Assembly (NCBI GenBank): GCA_950097015.1
Contig: CATNEN010000038.1
Coordinates: 26,536,001 to 26,600,000, forward strand
Length of the DNA: 64,000 nt
DNA from: Macrostomum hystrix
Taxonomy: Eukaryota > Animalia > Platyhelminthes
Direction: 5' to 3'
Under the pieces are notes generated by a model. The model searched no databases. It was not told where the DNA came from and saw nothing but the letters and a program-made list of their open reading frames with translations. The position numbers and the translations under genes are program-made. Below are positions 61,150-64,000 of this stretch, piece by piece. Numbering within the stretch: position 1 is the first letter of the stretch; each line of letters starts with the position of its first letter.

Positions 61150-64000
61150 TTCAGAGCCAATGATTCAGTCAGTGAGACAGAGACACTTCAGAGCCGATGA
61201 TTCAGTCAGTGAGACAGAGACACTTCAGAGCCAATGATTCAGTCAGTCAGTCAGTCAGTTACACTTCAGAGCCAATGATTCAGTCAGTCAGTAAGTCAGT
61301 TACACTTCAGAGCCGATGATTCAGTCAGTCAGTCAGTCAGTCAGATACACTTCAGAGCCGATGATTCAGTCAGTCAGATACACTTCAGAGCCAATGATTC
61401 AGTCAGTCAGTCAGATACACTTCAGAGCCGATGATTCAGTCAGTCAGTCAGTCAGACAGATACACTTCAGAGCCGATGATTCAGTCAGTCAGTCAGTCAG
61501 TCAGTCAGATACACTTCAGAGCCAATGATTCAGTCAGTCAGTCAGATACACTTCAGAGCCAATGATTCAGTCAGTCAGATACACTTCAGAGCCGATGATT
61601 CAGTCAGTCAGTCAGATACACTTCAGAGCCAATGATTCAGTCAGTCAGATACACTTCAGAGCCAATGATTCAGTCAGTCAGTCAGTCAGTCAGTCAAATA
61701 CACTTCAGAGCCGATGATTCAGTCAGTCAGTCAGATACACTTCAGAGCCAATGATTAAGTCAGTCAGTCAGATACACTTCAGAGCCGATGATTCAGTCAG
61801 TCAGTCAGTTACACTTCAGAGCCGATGATTCAGTCAGTCAGTCAGTCAGTCAGTTACACTTCAGAGCCGATGATTCAGTCAGTCAGTCAGTCAGACAGAT
61901 ACACTTCAGAGCCAATGATTCAGTCAGTCAGTCAGATACACTTCAGAGCCAATGATTCAGTCAGTCAGATACACTTCAGAGCCGATGATTCAGTCAGTCA
62001 GTCAGTCAGTCAGTCAAATACACTTCAGAGCCAATGATTCAGTCAGTCAGTCAGTTACACTTCAGAGCCGATGATTCAGTCAGTCAGTCAGTTACACTTC
62101 AGAGCTGATGATTCAGTCAGTCAGTCAGTTACACTTCAGAGCCGATGATTCAGTCAGTCAGTCAGTCAGACAGATACACTTCAGAGCCAATGATTCAGTC
62201 AGTCAGTCAGATACACTTCAGAGCCAATGATTCAGTCAGTCAGATACACTTCAGAGCCGATGATTCAGTCAGTCAGTCAGTCAGTCAGTCAGATACACTT
62301 CAGAGCCAATGATTCAGTCAGTCAGTCAGTTACACTTCAGAGCCGATGATTCAGTCAGTCAGTCAGTTACACTTCAGAGCTGATGATTCAGTCAGTCAGT
62401 CAGTTACACTTCAGAGCCGATGATTCAGTCAGTCAGTCAGTCAGTCAGATACACTTCAGAGCCGATGATTCAGTCAGTCAGTCAGTCAGTTACACTTCAG
62501 AGCCGATGATTCAGTCAGTCAGTCAGTCAGTCAGATACACTTCAGAGCCGATGATTCAGTCAGTCAGATACACTTCAGAGCCAATGATTCAGTCAGTCAG
62601 TCAGATACACTTCAGAGCCGATGATTCAGTCAGTCAGTCAGTCAGACAGATACACTTCAGAGCCGATGATTCAGTCAGTCAGTCAGTCAGTCAGTCAGAT
62701 ACACTTCAGAGCCAATGATTCAGTCAGTCAGTCAAATACACTTTAGAGCCGATGATTCAGTCAGTCAGTCAGATACACTTCAGAGCCAATGATTCAGTCA
62801 GTCAGATACACTTCAGAGCCAATGATTCAGTCAGTCAGTCAGATACACTTCAGAGCCAATGATTCAGTCAGTCAGATACACTTCAGAGCCGATGATTCAG
62901 TCAGTCAGTCAGTCAGTCAGTCAAATACACTTCAGAGCCAATGATTCAGTCAGTCAGATACACTTCAGAGCCAATGATTCAGTCAGTCAGTCAGTCAGTC
63001 AGTCAAATACACTTCAGAGCCAATGATTCAGTCAGTCAGTCAGTCAAATACACTTTAGAGCCGATGATTCAGTCAGTCAGTCAGTCAAATACACTTCAGA
63101 GCCGATGATTCAGTCAGTCAGTCAGTCAGTCAGTCAAATACACTTCAGAGCCAATGATTCAGTCAGTCAGATACACTTCAGAGCCAATGATTCAGTCAGT
63201 CAGTCAGTCAGTCAGTCAAATACACTTCAGAGCCGATGATTCAGTCAGTCAGTCAGTCAGTCAGTCAAATACACTTCAGAGCCAATGATTCAGTCAGTCA
63301 GATACACTTCAGAGCCAATGATTCAGTCAGTCAGTCAGTCAGTCAGTCAAATACACTTTAGAGCCGATGATTCAGTCAGTCAGTCAAATACACTTTAGAG
63401 CCGATGATTCAGTCAGTCAGTCAGATACACTTCAGAGCCGATGATTCAGTCAGTCAGATACACTTCAGAGCCAATGATTCAGTCAGTCAGATACACTTCA
63501 GAGCCGATGATTCAGTCAGTCAGTCAGATACACTTCAGAGCCGATGATTCAGTCAGTCAGTCAGTTACACTTCAGAGCCGATGATTCAGTCAGTCAGTCA
63601 GTCAGTCAGTTACACTTCAGAGCCGATGATTCAGTCAGTCAAATACACTTCAGAGCCGATGATTCAGTCAGTCAGTCAGTCAGACAGATACACTTCAGAG
63701 CCGATGATTCAGTCAGTCAGTCAGATACACTTCAGAGCCGATGATTCAGTCAGTCAGTCAGTCAGTCAGTCAAATACACTTCAGAGCCAATGATTAAGTC
63801 AGTCAGTCAAATACACTTTAGAGCCGATGATTCAGTCAGTCAGTCAGATACACTTCAGAGCCAATGATTCAGTCAGTCAGTCAGATACACTTCAGAGCCA
63901 ATGATTAAGTCAGTCAGTCAGATACACTTCAGAGCCGATGATTCAGTCAGTCAGTCAGTTACACTTCAGAGCCGATGATTCAGTCAGTCAGTCAGTCAGT
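61150..64000. repeat. Compound satellite: ACACTTCAGAGCC(A/G)ATGATT + (CAGT)n, running off the window end
   Basis: Constant core with a variable number of CAGT units. Confidence 0.93.

Noticed and set aside
61150-64000. CRISPR-like constant repeat with variable spacers
   Set aside because: Spacers are only (CAGT)n, there are no cas genes, and the context is eukaryotic

Overview
Repeat-rich eukaryotic (metazoan) genomic DNA. The GC-rich polyQ/polyA exons and minisatellite-filled introns resemble the flatworm Macrostomum, which is an inference only. The window holds three host genes. (1) The 3' part of a JIP3/JIP4 (MAPK8IP3/SPAG9, unc-16/syd) JNK-scaffold gene on + (about 164-27568, 11 exons). 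(2) A 3-exon, strongly divergent CK1-superfamily kinase nested antisense in one of its introns (18633-16100). (3) A convergent 6-exon class A GPCR of the GnRH/AKH/vasopressin-type receptor group on - (48577-32979). Mobile DNA comprises an intact young Ty3/Gypsy LTR element (1145-5502, - strand), a deleted mariner, and at least two tRNA-derived SINE families, one of them CORE-type. About 28 tandem arrays make up roughly half the window. The main candidates for new biology are: a Gypsy primer-binding site that looks complementary to a tRNA 5' END (nt 1-12) rather than the 3' CCA end; a 256-bp flanking duplication in place of a short TSD; about 95 tandem AP-1 sites inside the JNK-scaffold gene; and a distinct minisatellite beside most exons. 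Repeat boundaries are approximate, and no database searches were run.
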